64,000 nt of DNA from Verrucomicrobiaceae bacterium (GTDB taxonomy: Bacteria; Verrucomicrobiota; Verrucomicrobiia; Verrucomicrobiales; Akkermansiaceae). Positions 8,923 through 19,199 of the stretch are shown here, piece by piece. The notes beneath the pieces were generated by a model, which did not search any database, was not told the origin of the DNA, and saw only the letters and a list, made by a program, of their open reading frames with translations. The position numbers and the translations under genes were made by a program. The stretch is from positions 21,280 to 85,279 of the forward strand of contig JAIXOR010000067.1 of NCBI GenBank assembly GCA_027486655.1. Direction: 5' to 3'. The first letter of the stretch is position 1. Every line of letters starts with the position of its first letter.

Positions 8923-10698
8923 ATGAACGTCGATCCGTGGATCCTCACCTTCTCCGCCATCACCGTGGTGGTCACCATCATCATGGGATTCCGCTCCGCG
9001 AAATCCTCCAAGTCCGCATCGGACTTCTTCGTCGCCGGCCGTTCGGTTTCCGTCGGCTGGAACGCATCCGCGATTTCCGGCGAGTATCTCTCCGCGGCTT
9101 CCTTCATGGGCATCGCAGGGATGGTCATGTCCTCGGGCTATGACGCGCTGTGGTATCCGGTCTGTTATGCCTGCGGCTACCTTTTCCTGTTGCTGTTCAT
9201 CGCCGGTCCGCTGCGGCGTTTCGGCGCCTACACCATTCCGGACTTCGCGGAGGGCCGCTACGATTCCCCCTTGTTCCGCAAGATCGCGGTGTGCTTCGTA
9301 CTCTTCATCGGGTTCTTCTACACGATGCCGCAGATGAAAGGCGCGGGAGTCACGCTATCCTACATCTTCCAGGGCCTCCCCTACTGGGTGGGCGTGGCGG
9401 TGGTGGGCGTGGTGATCACGCTCAATGTCGCGCTCGGCGGCATGAAGGGCATCACCCTGGTGCAGGCGGTGCAGTATTGGATCAAGATGTTCGCCATCTC
9501 CGTCCCGGTCTTCGTGCTCTTCGCGGTCTATGGTGGCTATGGGAAGAACCTTTCGCTCAATCATTCCGCTCACGACACGAATCCGCCGCCGGCCATCGAG
9601 CGCACGGCGGGTCCGGCGTATGGCGAACGGCTGGTCCTGCCGGAGAAGACCGCACCCAAGGACGAGGCATGGATCGCGCCCTTTGGTCCCCTGACCACCA
9701 AGGCCGCCAAGGCTGCGGATCTCACTCCGGAGGAAACCCGCCCGTATTCCCTGCTCTATACCTTCTCCCTGATCGTCGCCCTCGTCTGCGGCACCGCCGG
9801 CCTGCCGCACATTCTCGTCCGCTTCTACACCAATCCGGATGGCGTGGCCGCGAAACGAACAACCATGTGGGTGATGATCCTCATCGGGGTGTTCTATGTG
9901 TTTCCCCCGGTGTTTGGAGTGCTGGGACGGAACTTCCTGCCGGAGCTCTACACCGGCCTCTCCGGCATCAAGGGCACCGACCAGGTCGTGCTCAAGCTGC
10001 CCACCCTCATCCGGGAGAAATACGGCGTTCTCGGATCCATCCTGAGCGGCATCACCTGCGCCGGGGCCTTTGCGGCCTTCATGAGCACCTTCTCCGGACT
10101 GCTGGTATCCATGACCAGCGCGCTGGCACATGACGTCTATGGACGCATGCTCAAGCCGACCGCCACTCCGGAGGAACGGATGAAGATGTTCAAGTGGTGC
10201 GCGGTGATTGTCGGCAGCGTGTCGGTGCTGCTCGGCTCGCTGGTGGAACCTCTGGAAATCAACTTCATGGTCGGCCAGGCGTTTGCGATCGCCGCCGCAA
10301 GTTACTTCCCGCTGCTCTTCATGAGCGTGTGGTGGCGCGGCATGACCATGAAGGGCGCCGCAACCGGAATGCTCACCGGAGGCCTCTGCGCGCTGGCGGC
10401 CGCCACCGTGGTCAACGTCAGCACGCTGGCTCTCGACAAGGGGCCGATGGGACGGATCTTCGGCGGCTTTGCGGGCATCAATGACTTCTGGAAGGCCCAT
10501 CCGCTGCTGCGCATCCTCGCCGAGCAACCCGCCATCTGGGCGGTGCCGCTCTCGATCGGGCTGATGATCCTCGTTTCCAAAGCCACCCGCCGCACCGTGC
10601 CTGCCGACGTCCGGATGAAGATGCTCGTGCTGCACGCACCGGAAGCGCTTGGATTGAAACAGGAATACATCCAGGAACACCAGGGCGCCGGCCACTGA
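8923..10698 (+). CDS. actP: Sodium:solute symporter, ActP-like cation/acetate symporter
   Basis: SDFFVAGRSV, AISGEYLSAASF, GTAGLPHILVRFYT motifs. Confidence 0.8.
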   Translation: MNVDPWILTFSAITVVVTIIMGFRSAKSSKSASDFFVAGRSVSVGWNASAISGEYLSAASFMGIAGMVMSSGYDALWYPVCYACGYLFLLLFIAGPLRRFGAYTIPDFAEGRYDSPLFRKIAVCFVLFIGFFYTMPQMKGAGVTLSYIFQGLPYWVGVAVVGVVITLNVALGGMKGITLVQAVQYWIKMFAISVPVFVLFAVYGGYGKNLSLNHSAHDTNPPPAIERTAGPAYGERLVLPEKTAPKDEAWIAPFGPLTTKAAKAADLTPEETRPYSLLYTFSLIVALVCGTAGLPHILVRFYTNPDGVAAKRTTMWVMILIGVFYVFPPVFGVLGRNFLPELYTGLSGIKGTDQVVLKLPTLIREKYGVLGSILSGITCAGAFAAFMSTFSGLLVSMTSALAHDVYGRMLKPTATPEERMKMFKWCAVIVGSVSVLLGSLVEPLEINFMVGQAFAIAAASYFPLLFMSVWWRGMTMKGAATGMLTGGLCALAAATVVNVSTLALDKGPMGRIFGGFAGINDFWKAHPLLRILAEQPAIWAVPLSIGLMILVSKATRRTVPADVRMKMLVLHAPEALGLKQEYIQEHQGAGH

Positions 10699-10803
10699 GA
10701 GGCCGGCCTCGAAGGATCCCCCACGATCCGTGCCCGCAATCGCGGGAATCTGCCGCATTCTTGCAATGCCAGATGGCTGTTGTCCGTATGCCCTCGCTCC
10801 GCC

Positions 10804-12567
10804 ATGCACCGCATCCTGACCGCCGCTGTTCTGTTAGTCGCCACCATCGTGACCATCGATGCCGCCCCCGTGCGTCTGGTGGATGAGAAACCGGCCTCCG
10901 TTCAGCGCATCCGCCCGGACACCCTGCTCGTGGATTTCGGGCGGGTCGCCTTTGGCAATCTCCGCATCACTCCGCCCGCCGGGGCCGCAGGGCGCGTCAC
11001 CGTCCATTTCGGCGAAGCCTCGGCAGACGGCCGGGTGAACCGCAAGCCTCCCGGAAGCGTCCGCTACCACCGCGTCGAAGCCACGCTCGAAGCCGGCAAG
11101 CCCCTCGTCATCGCTCCTCCGGCGGACAAGCGGAACACGAATACCAGCGGAAAAAGCCATCCGCCCGCCATCCTTACCCCGGCGACCTGGGGTGTGGTCA
11201 CGCCATTCCGCTGGGTGGAGATCGAGGGCTGGACCGGACCGGATTCCCCCACAGGCTTCATCCGCCAGGCCGGCTATGCCGCGACGTGGCAGGACGATGC
11301 GGCGGACTTCCGCTCTTCCGATCCCCTGCTCGACCGCATCTGGGACCTCTGCCGCCACTCGATCAAGGCCACCACCTTTGCCGGGGTCTACGTCGATGGC
11401 GACCGCGAGCGCATCCCCTACGAGGCGGATGCCTACCTCAACCAGCTCAGCCACTACGCCACCGATCCGGACAAACAGATGGCGCGGGACACCTTCGACC
11501 ACCTGATGAAACACGGGACCTGGCCCACCGAGTGGGCTCCCCATCTGGTTTTCATGGCCCATGCCGACTGGCTCCACACCGGCGATGCCGCATGGCTTGG
11601 GCCCCGCTTTGATTCGTTGAAATCCAAACTCCTGAGCGAACGCGCCGGTCCGGACGGGTTGATCACAAGCGCCGACAAACACATCAAGCGCGAGGACATC
11701 GTGGACTGGCCTCCCGGTGAGCGCGATGGCTACGTGTTCACTCCACTCAACACGGTGGTGAACGCCTTCCACCTGCGCGCGCTGCGGCTCATGGAGGACA
11801 TGGCCACCGGTCTCGGCCGCACGGCGGAGGCCGCCGGATTCCGTGAACGCGAGGCACGCGTCCGCACCGTCTTCCAACAGCGGTTCTTCGATCCCGCCAA
11901 GGGACTCTATCGCGATGGTGCTACGACGGAGCACACATCGTTGCATGCGAACCTCTTCCCGCTCGCCTTTGGCCTCGTTCCGGATGCGGACCGGCAGAAG
12001 ATCGCGGCCTGGCTCGTCGGGCGCGGCATGCGCTGTTCCGTGTATCCGGCTCAATACCTGATGGACGCGCTGTTTGAAAATGAACGCGGTGAGGACGCGC
12101 TGCGCTTGATGATGGCCCCGGGAGACCGCAGCTGGCGGCACATGGTCGAGAGCGGCACGACCCTCACCTGGGAGGCCTGGGACCAGAAGTACAAACCCAA
12201 CCAGGACTGGAACCACGCCTGGGGCGCGGCACCCGCCAACCTGTTACCGACCTACGTTCTCGGGGCACGGCCACTCTCACCCGCTTGGAAACGCACGCTC
12301 ATTCGCCCCCACCCCGGCGGACTCAGCCAGGCTTCCGGCAAGATCCCCACGGCCGCAGGCCCGCTCATGGTTTCATGGAAACGGGGAGCCACGTTCCAAC
12401 TGGACATCGGGCTCCCACCCGGCGTTCTCGCCAAGGTCGAGCTCCCCGCCACCGGAACCAGTGGCGCGGTAACTCTCAATGGCAAAAGCATTTCCGCACG
12501 CCGCGTCGGAAGCCGTTGGATCGTCGATCAGGACATCTCCGGCAAGGCCACTCTCGAAGTGCGCTGA
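10804..12567 (+). CDS. Alpha-L-rhamnosidase (GH78), secreted
   Basis: LVDFG, DGDRERIPYEAD, WEAW, DWNHAWG motifs; signal peptide from MHRIL. Confidence 0.85.
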   Translation: MHRILTAAVLLVATIVTIDAAPVRLVDEKPASVQRIRPDTLLVDFGRVAFGNLRITPPAGAAGRVTVHFGEASADGRVNRKPPGSVRYHRVEATLEAGKPLVIAPPADKRNTNTSGKSHPPAILTPATWGVVTPFRWVEIEGWTGPDSPTGFIRQAGYAATWQDDAADFRSSDPLLDRIWDLCRHSIKATTFAGVYVDGDRERIPYEADAYLNQLSHYATDPDKQMARDTFDHLMKHGTWPTEWAPHLVFMAHADWLHTGDAAWLGPRFDSLKSKLLSERAGPDGLITSADKHIKREDIVDWPPGERDGYVFTPLNTVVNAFHLRALRLMEDMATGLGRTAEAAGFREREARVRTVFQQRFFDPAKGLYRDGATTEHTSLHANLFPLAFGLVPDADRQKIAAWLVGRGMRCSVYPAQYLMDALFENERGEDALRLMMAPGDRSWRHMVESGTTLTWEAWDQKYKPNQDWNHAWGAAPANLLPTYVLGARPLSPAWKRTLIRPHPGGLSQASGKIPTAAGPLMVSWKRGATFQLDIGLPPGVLAKVELPATGTSGAVTLNGKSISARRVGSRWIVDQDISGKATLEVR

Positions 12568-12594
12568 ATTCGGCAAGCCTTCCCGGCCGCAGGA

Positions 12595-13872
12595 TCACTT
12601 CGATTTCTCCTGCGTCGCTTGCGGCTTCTCACCACGGAGCGCCGCTTCTTGGTGGAGCTTCGCCTTATCCATCGATCCCAGCCTCGTATAGGCCTCGGCA
12701 AGGGCCAGATGGGTATCGGCCCGGGGAAACAAGGCAAGCGCCTGCTCCAGCACCAGCGCCGCTTCCTGATTGCGCTCCAGCTTCAGAAGAACGTGCCCGC
12801 GGGTATCGAGGAAGTCCGCGTTTCCGGGATGCTTCGCCAGCACCCCGTCGATGATTGCAAGCGCCCTCTTCGGCTCGGCACCGGTGATGCGGCAGCCGAT
12901 GAGGGATGCAAGGTTGTTCGCCAGAACCGGGTTACCGGGAATCAACGAGTGAGCTTGTTCCAGCCTGCGAACCGCCTCGTCCTGACGGCCACCGCTCAGT
13001 GCCTCCAAACCATCCAAAAGCAGGACGAGCCCAGTGAGCCGCTTTGCTTCCAAGGCCGCACGCGCGTTCTCCTGGAATCCGGGAAGAAACCTCCACGTCC
13101 GGCACCCGGCGATCAGCTCCGACGTCGCATCCAGGTCGGCGGGTTCCAAATGGAGCGCACGGACCACCGTCTCCAACCAGGGCCGGAAGTCACCCGCGCG
13201 CCGCGAGCGCTGGTCCTTCGCGATGGCCACCAGCACTTGCAGCTGGGACATCTTCACCGGGCGTTTTCCCGGCGCATCAGCAATCTCGGAAACCGCTTCA
13301 TGCGCGTTTTCCCAATCTCCGGAAGCCGCAAACAGCCTCGCGCGCATCGCATGCACCTCGTCCGCCACCGGTTCTCCCGTGCGATGGCTTGCGAGCGCCT
13401 CGTGAGCGAGATCCAATGCCTTCGCCGCTGCCTCTTTCATCACACCCCCATCCCCTCCCCCGCTCAGAATCATCTTCGCCCGGAGGAGATGAGCGGGCGC
13501 ATGGACCGGTCGGTCAAAGGGCGCCAATTGATCGAGGATCGCGACCATCGGCCCCAGGGTCTCCATCCCTGCATAGGCACGGACCAGAAGCATTCCCGCC
13601 TCCCGGTTCTCCGGAGAATGGCGAAGCACCTTGCGCGTCCAGATCACGGTTTCCTTGAAATCACGGCGCTCCAACGCCTTGCCCGCCCGCTTGAGAAGCT
13701 CCGAATCGGAGGGCAAACCGACACCCAAGGCCCCCAGAACCACCGCACCTGCCGCCGCCAGCAGCACCGCCCCGACAAGCACCTCAGGCAGCAACCGCTT
13801 CATGCCACTCAGGCGACGGAAAAGATCCGTCCGCTGGAAACGACCCTTCTTGTTAGAGTGCGGAAGCATCAT
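12595..13872 (-). CDS. Tetratricopeptide repeat protein of the exosortase locus
   Basis: N-terminal TM, helical repeats, NNLA..DTRGHVLLKL..EAALVLEQALAL TPR pattern; start may be 13803. Confidence 0.75.
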   Translation of the reverse strand: MMLPHSNKKGRFQRTDLFRRLSGMKRLLPEVLVGAVLLAAAGAVVLGALGVGLPSDSELLKRAGKALERRDFKETVIWTRKVLRHSPENREAGMLLVRAYAGMETLGPMVAILDQLAPFDRPVHAPAHLLRAKMILSGGGDGGVMKEAAAKALDLAHEALASHRTGEPVADEVHAMRARLFAASGDWENAHEAVSEIADAPGKRPVKMSQLQVLVAIAKDQRSRRAGDFRPWLETVVRALHLEPADLDATSELIAGCRTWRFLPGFQENARAALEAKRLTGLVLLLDGLEALSGGRQDEAVRRLEQAHSLIPGNPVLANNLASLIGCRITGAEPKRALAIIDGVLAKHPGNADFLDTRGHVLLKLERNQEAALVLEQALALFPRADTHLALAEAYTRLGSMDKAKLHQEAALRGEKPQATQEKSK

Positions 13873-13878
13873 GGGTTC

Positions 13879-15483
13879 TCAATCGGTCAACTGCCCCGCC
13901 AATCCCCGTCCCAGCAAGGCGCGAGCCTCCTCGAACAGGCGCCTGGACTGGGCTCCGGTGGGCGAATCCAGTGATGGAACCCCCTGGACCACCACCTGCA
14001 CCTGACAGAACGCACCTCGCTCTCCGCCGCTGTCAACCGAGCGCCTGCCGGCAATCTTCTCAAGGGCACGGCTCCAACGGGACGCAAGAGGCCGGGGAAC
14101 ACCTCCAACGTAACGCTTGCCGATCAAATCGTAGTTGTCAAAAAGCACCAGCATCGGAGGACGCTGGCCTTCCTTGGACCGCAGCTCCAAAGTGGCAAAC
14201 GCCCCCCCAGCGGATTCCTTCTCGCTTCCCTCACCGACGACCAGCCAGTCCCGGTTGCGATAACACACTCTCAGCTGGTGAAGATGATCGAAGGGCAGGT
14301 CGGCAGCCACCCAGGCCGTGAGCCCATCCTTGCGGAAGCACCACACATGCTGGTCGAGTCCGTACTTTTCGATCACGCTGACTTCTTTGGCACTGAGATC
14401 CTGTTTCCAGCCGGCGAGATTCTCCGGCAGCTCCACCCGCGCAAGTTTTGGATAGGATCCTTCCGCCCGGAAGAATGCCGGTTCCTCACCGCCGAAAACC
14501 AAACGCCCGGCAAAGCCTGCGGCCGTCATCATGAATATCGCAGCCAAAACGGCTCCGGGCATCTTCTCCACCATCACGACGTGCATCCACGGCCGACCCT
14601 GGATCGGAACCGCATCCACTCGAGATGGAACGAGGTCCTGCTGCGGTTCCGCCCACGGAGTCCTCCAGCGGACGTATGCTGAAGCCAGCCTCTCCTGGAG
14701 TTTCCTCATCCCGGGCAACAAGGCCAGGGCACCGATGAAGACCACCATTCCCGTCGCCTCATGCTGCCATCCGCTTGTCCAATCGATGCCGAAGCGCACC
14801 AACAGCAGTGAAATCACGAAAATCCGGAGGCAGTTCCCGAACATGAGCAGAAGCGCGCAACCTAACAAAAACCACATCGAGAAGAGCAGGCTCTTGCGGA
14901 TCCAAGCCAGATAGGCCTGCCCTGCCACAAGACCGGTGAGCAGAGACCGCATGCCGCTGCATGCCTCTTCCACAAAAAGATCCCCGCGGGGAGTCTCGAG
15001 CACCGCCCCCTGCTGGAGATGCGGCACGGCGGCCAGATCCAGCCCCCATGAAGCCATCCCCGCGGCGAAGCGCTGGAGATGCACGAAAAATGACTCCTGC
15101 ACCAGCCCCTGGGGCATTGAAACAAGACCTAACAGCACCAACAGCGCCCAGGAGCGGGACCATCCCTTGACTCCGATGATCCATGCCGCACCCAGCCCGC
15201 CAATGCCAAGAACCTGGACAAAGGTCGACTCAATAAGAACACCACCGGCATACAGCGTGGCAGACGCGATGGCGATGAGAGGAAGCCCTGCGGCACGAAG
15301 CGGCCTGAGCGGCTCGGTCGCAAGGTCGCGCCACAGCACGGCGAGAACCGCTGCAAGACCCAGCGGCACCGCGCCCAAGGCATCGAGTACCCACATCCGC
15401 CAGAGGATCCACGATGTGAGCACGACAAAACAACCCGCAGCGATCCATCGCCGCGGGTTGTTTTTGAAGGTTTCCACATTCAT
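13879..15483 (-). CDS. Exosortase with C-terminal EpsI-like domain
   Basis: Multi-TM; catalytic triad motifs EEACSG, GNCLRI, WQHEATG; soluble C-terminal domain. Confidence 0.9.
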   Translation of the reverse strand: MNVETFKNNPRRWIAAGCFVVLTSWILWRMWVLDALGAVPLGLAAVLAVLWRDLATEPLRPLRAAGLPLIAIASATLYAGGVLIESTFVQVLGIGGLGAAWIIGVKGWSRSWALLVLLGLVSMPQGLVQESFFVHLQRFAAGMASWGLDLAAVPHLQQGAVLETPRGDLFVEEACSGMRSLLTGLVAGQAYLAWIRKSLLFSMWFLLGCALLLMFGNCLRIFVISLLLVRFGIDWTSGWQHEATGMVVFIGALALLPGMRKLQERLASAYVRWRTPWAEPQQDLVPSRVDAVPIQGRPWMHVVMVEKMPGAVLAAIFMMTAAGFAGRLVFGGEEPAFFRAEGSYPKLARVELPENLAGWKQDLSAKEVSVIEKYGLDQHVWCFRKDGLTAWVAADLPFDHLHQLRVCYRNRDWLVVGEGSEKESAGGAFATLELRSKEGQRPPMLVLFDNYDLIGKRYVGGVPRPLASRWSRALEKIAGRRSVDSGGERGAFCQVQVVVQGVPSLDSPTGAQSRRLFEEARALLGRGLAGQLTD

Positions 15484-15567
15484 CGGATGGAGGGGCACCG
15501 CCGAATTTCTGTGGTTGGATTGCCGGTTTGGGTCCGGCCGGGCCAGTGATGGCTGCGGCCGATTGAA

Positions 15568-16290
15568 TCAGCAGGATTCGATGCGCTTGCCACGGAAGCG
15601 GCGGAGGAACGCGCCAACTCCGAGCAGTGCCGGAGCCGAGCACATCAGGACGCTCGAGGGTTCCGGAACCGAAGTCACCGGAGCGGCGTCATAGGTGTAG
15701 GTCACCACGGCCTTCACCGCACCGGTCATGTCCTGTGTGAGAATGTTCGATGTCGATGCGCCGGAGGTGCCGATCAGCTGGCTCTGGATGCCGCTGTAAT
15801 CGAGTTGTTTACTGTCGCTACCCACGTAGCCGTTGGCAAGCGCCCATGCCGCGGTGTCCGAGAACTGGGACGACGCACTCGCAGGCGAGGTCGGCGTCAG
15901 CGTCTCGGTGCCTGATCCACTGTAATGAATGTCGCCATCCGGAGCCAGATTCTGGCGGGCGGTGGCTTGCAGGGACTTGCCTGCACCTGTGAGGGTCACT
16001 CGCACACCGGCCATGGAATCTTGGGCCAGGGTCACGCTGTTGTTGTGGGTGAAGGTGAAGGTACTGGCCCAGTCATTCAACTGCAACTGGACGGTGATGC
16101 CGGTCAGGGTGCCAAGAGTGGTGTTGAACTTCTGCAGGAAGAGAGAACCGGAGGAGCTCTGGGAGATGGACTCGCTGTCTTCGTAGCTGATGGTGGCGGC
16201 ATTGACGCCACCCACGGACATTCCGAGCGCGGCGATCACCGCGAGGGAAAGGGATTTGCCGGAAAAACCGGTGTTTCGGGACGTTTTCAT
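15568..16290 (-). CDS. PEP-CTERM sorting protein (choice-of-anchor E-like domain)
   Basis: Signal peptide, QKFNTTLGTLTGITV motif, C-terminal VPEPSS-TM-RRFRGKR. Confidence 0.9.
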   Translation of the reverse strand: MKTSRNTGFSGKSLSLAVIAALGMSVGGVNAATISYEDSESISQSSSGSLFLQKFNTTLGTLTGITVQLQLNDWASTFTFTHNNSVTLAQDSMAGVRVTLTGAGKSLQATARQNLAPDGDIHYSGSGTETLTPTSPASASSQFSDTAAWALANGYVGSDSKQLDYSGIQSQLIGTSGASTSNILTQDMTGAVKAVVTYTYDAAPVTSVPEPSSVLMCSAPALLGVGAFLRRFRGKRIESC

Positions 16291-16401
16291 GTGTAGGGAC
16301 TGTTCGATTGTCAGGGTGATCTCAAACGCATTGGATGAACCGCTGCACCCGTATCAATTCATTTTTAGCAGCTACTCACAAGCCGAACAGGCTTTTCATT
16401 G

Positions 16402-16416
16402 ATGCAAATAATGCAC
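16402..16416. promoter_or_regulatory. GTGCAA-N3-TTGCAC palindrome site (2 mismatches)
   Basis: atgcaa ata atgcac between the divergent PEP-CTERM and Hpt genes. Confidence 0.65.
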
Positions 16417-16580
16417 CTTCGACTCCCCAAAAATGGCTGAATGACTTCCACAGCGGCTCCGGATTCCCCCTTGACAGGCATGACGGGATGTTCGACCAGA
16501 TTCCCACGATCGATTCTCTGGAATCACCCGCCTGACACATCCTTCTTGGGTGTTCGGGCGGACCGCGAGTCACCGCAATC

Positions 16581-17000
16581 ATGAGCCAACCCCCCCCCCT
16601 ATTTCACTGCTTGAAAGAGAAACTCATTCCGGACGACCTGCCCGTGCTTGACCCGGGTGTGCTCACCAGCATCAACAAACAGCTGGGGGAGTCCCGCAAC
16701 GTCGCAGGCAAACTGATCGAGACCTTTTCCTCCACCTCGGGCCGCCACCTTGAACAAATCGAGGCCGCCCTCCGAAACCGCGAGGATCACAACGCCGCCC
16801 GCGCCGCCCACGCCCTCAAGGGAGGCTCGCTCACCATCGGCCTCACCAGACTTGCCCATGCCTGTGCAAAAATCGAGAAACGGCTGTCGTCGGACGACTC
16901 GTCAGCAACCGTCGACGACCACGAGCGCGCCATCCTCTCGAAGGAAATCCGCAAAGAGCACGACACGGCTCTCACCGCCCTTTCGCGCTGGCCCCATTGA
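16581..17000 (+). CDS. Stand-alone Hpt phosphotransfer protein
   Basis: PVLD..L N-terminus and AAHALKGGSLTIG with the conserved His. Confidence 0.88.
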   Translation: MSQPPPLFHCLKEKLIPDDLPVLDPGVLTSINKQLGESRNVAGKLIETFSSTSGRHLEQIEAALRNREDHNAARAAHALKGGSLTIGLTRLAHACAKIEKRLSSDDSSATVDDHERAILSKEIRKEHDTALTALSRWPH

Positions 17001-17027
17001 GGCAGGGCGGGAGCAGCATCAGGCGCT

Positions 17028-19127
17028 CTAGCTTCCATAGCTGCCGTAGGATCCGTATCCACTCCGGCCGCCAGGCCTCCTGGAGCCGTATTGATAGTAT
17101 CCATAGGCATGGTTCGCCGCGATCAGACTGCGGCTCTCGCGGTATCCGTTCAAAATCAGTCCGGAGATCCGGCCACGGCCACCACCGAGTATCGAGATGG
17201 ACCGGTCGGCCGCATCCTTCGGAACGTAGGCAGCCCGGACGACAAGGCACACATTGTCCGCAAACCGGGCGATGATGCGGGCATCGGGAACGGCAAGAAG
17301 CGGCGAAGTGTCCATCACGATCACGTCATACGCGGCCCTCGCTTCATCCAGCATGGCCACAAGACGCTCTTCATTGAGCAATTCGCCCGGGTGGGGAAGT
17401 CTCAATCCACCGACAAGCACGTCCAGGTTCGGAGCCACACCTCCAGGAACGATCGCCTCCTGGAGCGAGCACAGTCCCGCAAGACAACCGCTCGTTCCGA
17501 TACTCTCGGAATCCAGTTGGATCCCGAAATACTTGTGCACGGAAGGCTTGCGCAGGTCGAAGTCCATCAGCAGCACCCGTTTCCCCTGGGCAGCGGCCGC
17601 GAGGGCGAAATTGACGGCCATGAAGGACTTGCCCTCGCCTGAAATCGAAGAACTGAACATGGTCACCTTACGACCTCCCTCCGGCCCCAGCAGAGTCACC
17701 GATGCCCTCAACACCCGGATCATTTCGGCATAAGTCGTCATGTAAAGCGCCTTCCGGAAAAGCACGTTCTCCGCCCAATTCCTCTCGTGCTCGGGAGCCT
17801 CTTCCCTGCCAGCCTCCACGAGATCCGCCAGATCCCCGAACGGCACCTGCGATACCGCACCGATCACGGGCAGGCCGCTGCGTTCTTCGAGTTCCATAAC
17901 GGTGTGAAACTTGTTCTCCGCCCGCACCGAAAGGTAGGCGATCAATATTCCAAAAGCCGCGCCCCCGACCAAGCCTGCAGCCATCACCTTCACACGCACC
18001 GGGCTCACCGGCGCACCGGGCAGCAGCGCTCGGCTGCTCACCTCGATTTCGGAGTCCGAAGACGCCTGATTCACATCCGTCTCCCGCATTTTCGTGAGGA
18101 TGGCGTTGAAGACCAATTCCTGGCTTTCGATCTCGCTCTTGAGCACCGCAGTCCGCGCCAGAAGCACCCTCCTTGCGATGTCGAGCCGCTCGTCGAGCGT
18201 TTGCGAGTCCACGGACAGTTCAATGCCGGATTGCTTCCAATAGGCCTGGTCCGCACCGGACTTCACGGCGGCATCGAAGTCGGCCAGAAACCTCGCCTTC
18301 AACGTCGCGATCTGGCCATTGCAGGTGACCATCTTCGGATGCTTCGGCAGATAGCGCCTCGCAAGATCCGCCAGTTCCTTCTCCTTCACTTCAAGCTGGG
18401 AATGGCTTTCCATGGCTCTGATGTAAGAGGTGAAGGCATTCTGCGAGCCCTGCAGTGAAAACCGGGCCTTCTCGGATTCGTTGGTGAGAACCTCGATCGA
18501 ATTGGTCCGCCCGGAACTCTTCTGCTCACCCATCTCCGCGATGTATTCCATGGCGACCGCATCCGCCAGAACCGCAGCCGCCTCCGGTGAACTGTGGGTG
18601 ATCGAAACATCCACCAGACGCGTGCCTCGTCTCACCGAAACACTCATCCATGAGGCGATCTTTGCCGCAAGCACGGGAGTTGGCGGCAAAACGCCCCCCA
18701 CCGCGAGCTCATCCTCAGGCGCGCCGGACATCCACCCGGGAAGCCAGCGGACCGGCTTCGGGTTCAAGCCCTCGAGGCCCGTCACGTCGGTTCTGGCAGC
18801 CACTCGCTCCAGCAGGCTCTGCCTCTTCAACCTTTCCGCCACGGTATTCATGGCCTCGACCGAACGCATGTCGATTTCGTCGTTCTGGTCCTTGGTGAGA
18901 ACCGAAGTGGTCGCCTGCTTCACCAGCAAGGTCGCGTTTGCGGAATACTCGGGACGGGCTTTGGAGAGATAGTATGCCCCTGCGGAAACACCCAGAATAA
19001 TTCCGAAGCCGATCCAATACCAGCGCGCCAACAGGTCCTTCATCAGGCGCCCGGTCGCTTTGTCGGAAGCAGCGCCGGCCCGGGCTTCATCCTCGCCATT
19101 CCCTGGCACTTCCCTCGTTTCGTTCAT
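17028..19127 (-). CDS. wzc: Polysaccharide co-polymerase / BY-kinase (Wzc-like)
   Basis: Two TMs flanking a coiled periplasmic region, Walker A SISGEGKS, DFDLRKP, Tyr-rich C-terminal cluster. Confidence 0.9.
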   Translation of the reverse strand: MNETREVPGNGEDEARAGAASDKATGRLMKDLLARWYWIGFGIILGVSAGAYYLSKARPEYSANATLLVKQATTSVLTKDQNDEIDMRSVEAMNTVAERLKRQSLLERVAARTDVTGLEGLNPKPVRWLPGWMSGAPEDELAVGGVLPPTPVLAAKIASWMSVSVRRGTRLVDVSITHSSPEAAAVLADAVAMEYIAEMGEQKSSGRTNSIEVLTNESEKARFSLQGSQNAFTSYIRAMESHSQLEVKEKELADLARRYLPKHPKMVTCNGQIATLKARFLADFDAAVKSGADQAYWKQSGIELSVDSQTLDERLDIARRVLLARTAVLKSEIESQELVFNAILTKMRETDVNQASSDSEIEVSSRALLPGAPVSPVRVKVMAAGLVGGAAFGILIAYLSVRAENKFHTVMELEERSGLPVIGAVSQVPFGDLADLVEAGREEAPEHERNWAENVLFRKALYMTTYAEMIRVLRASVTLLGPEGGRKVTMFSSSISGEGKSFMAVNFALAAAAQGKRVLLMDFDLRKPSVHKYFGIQLDSESIGTSGCLAGLCSLQEAIVPGGVAPNLDVLVGGLRLPHPGELLNEERLVAMLDEARAAYDVIVMDTSPLLAVPDARIIARFADNVCLVVRAAYVPKDAADRSISILGGGRGRISGLILNGYRESRSLIAANHAYGYYQYGSRRPGGRSGYGSYGSYGS

Positions 19128-19199
19128 GATTTCCTTTGGATTGCTTGCGTTTGGCGGTCACTCACGGCCACCCATGCCGGCATTCGGAGCGGCGGAGTT

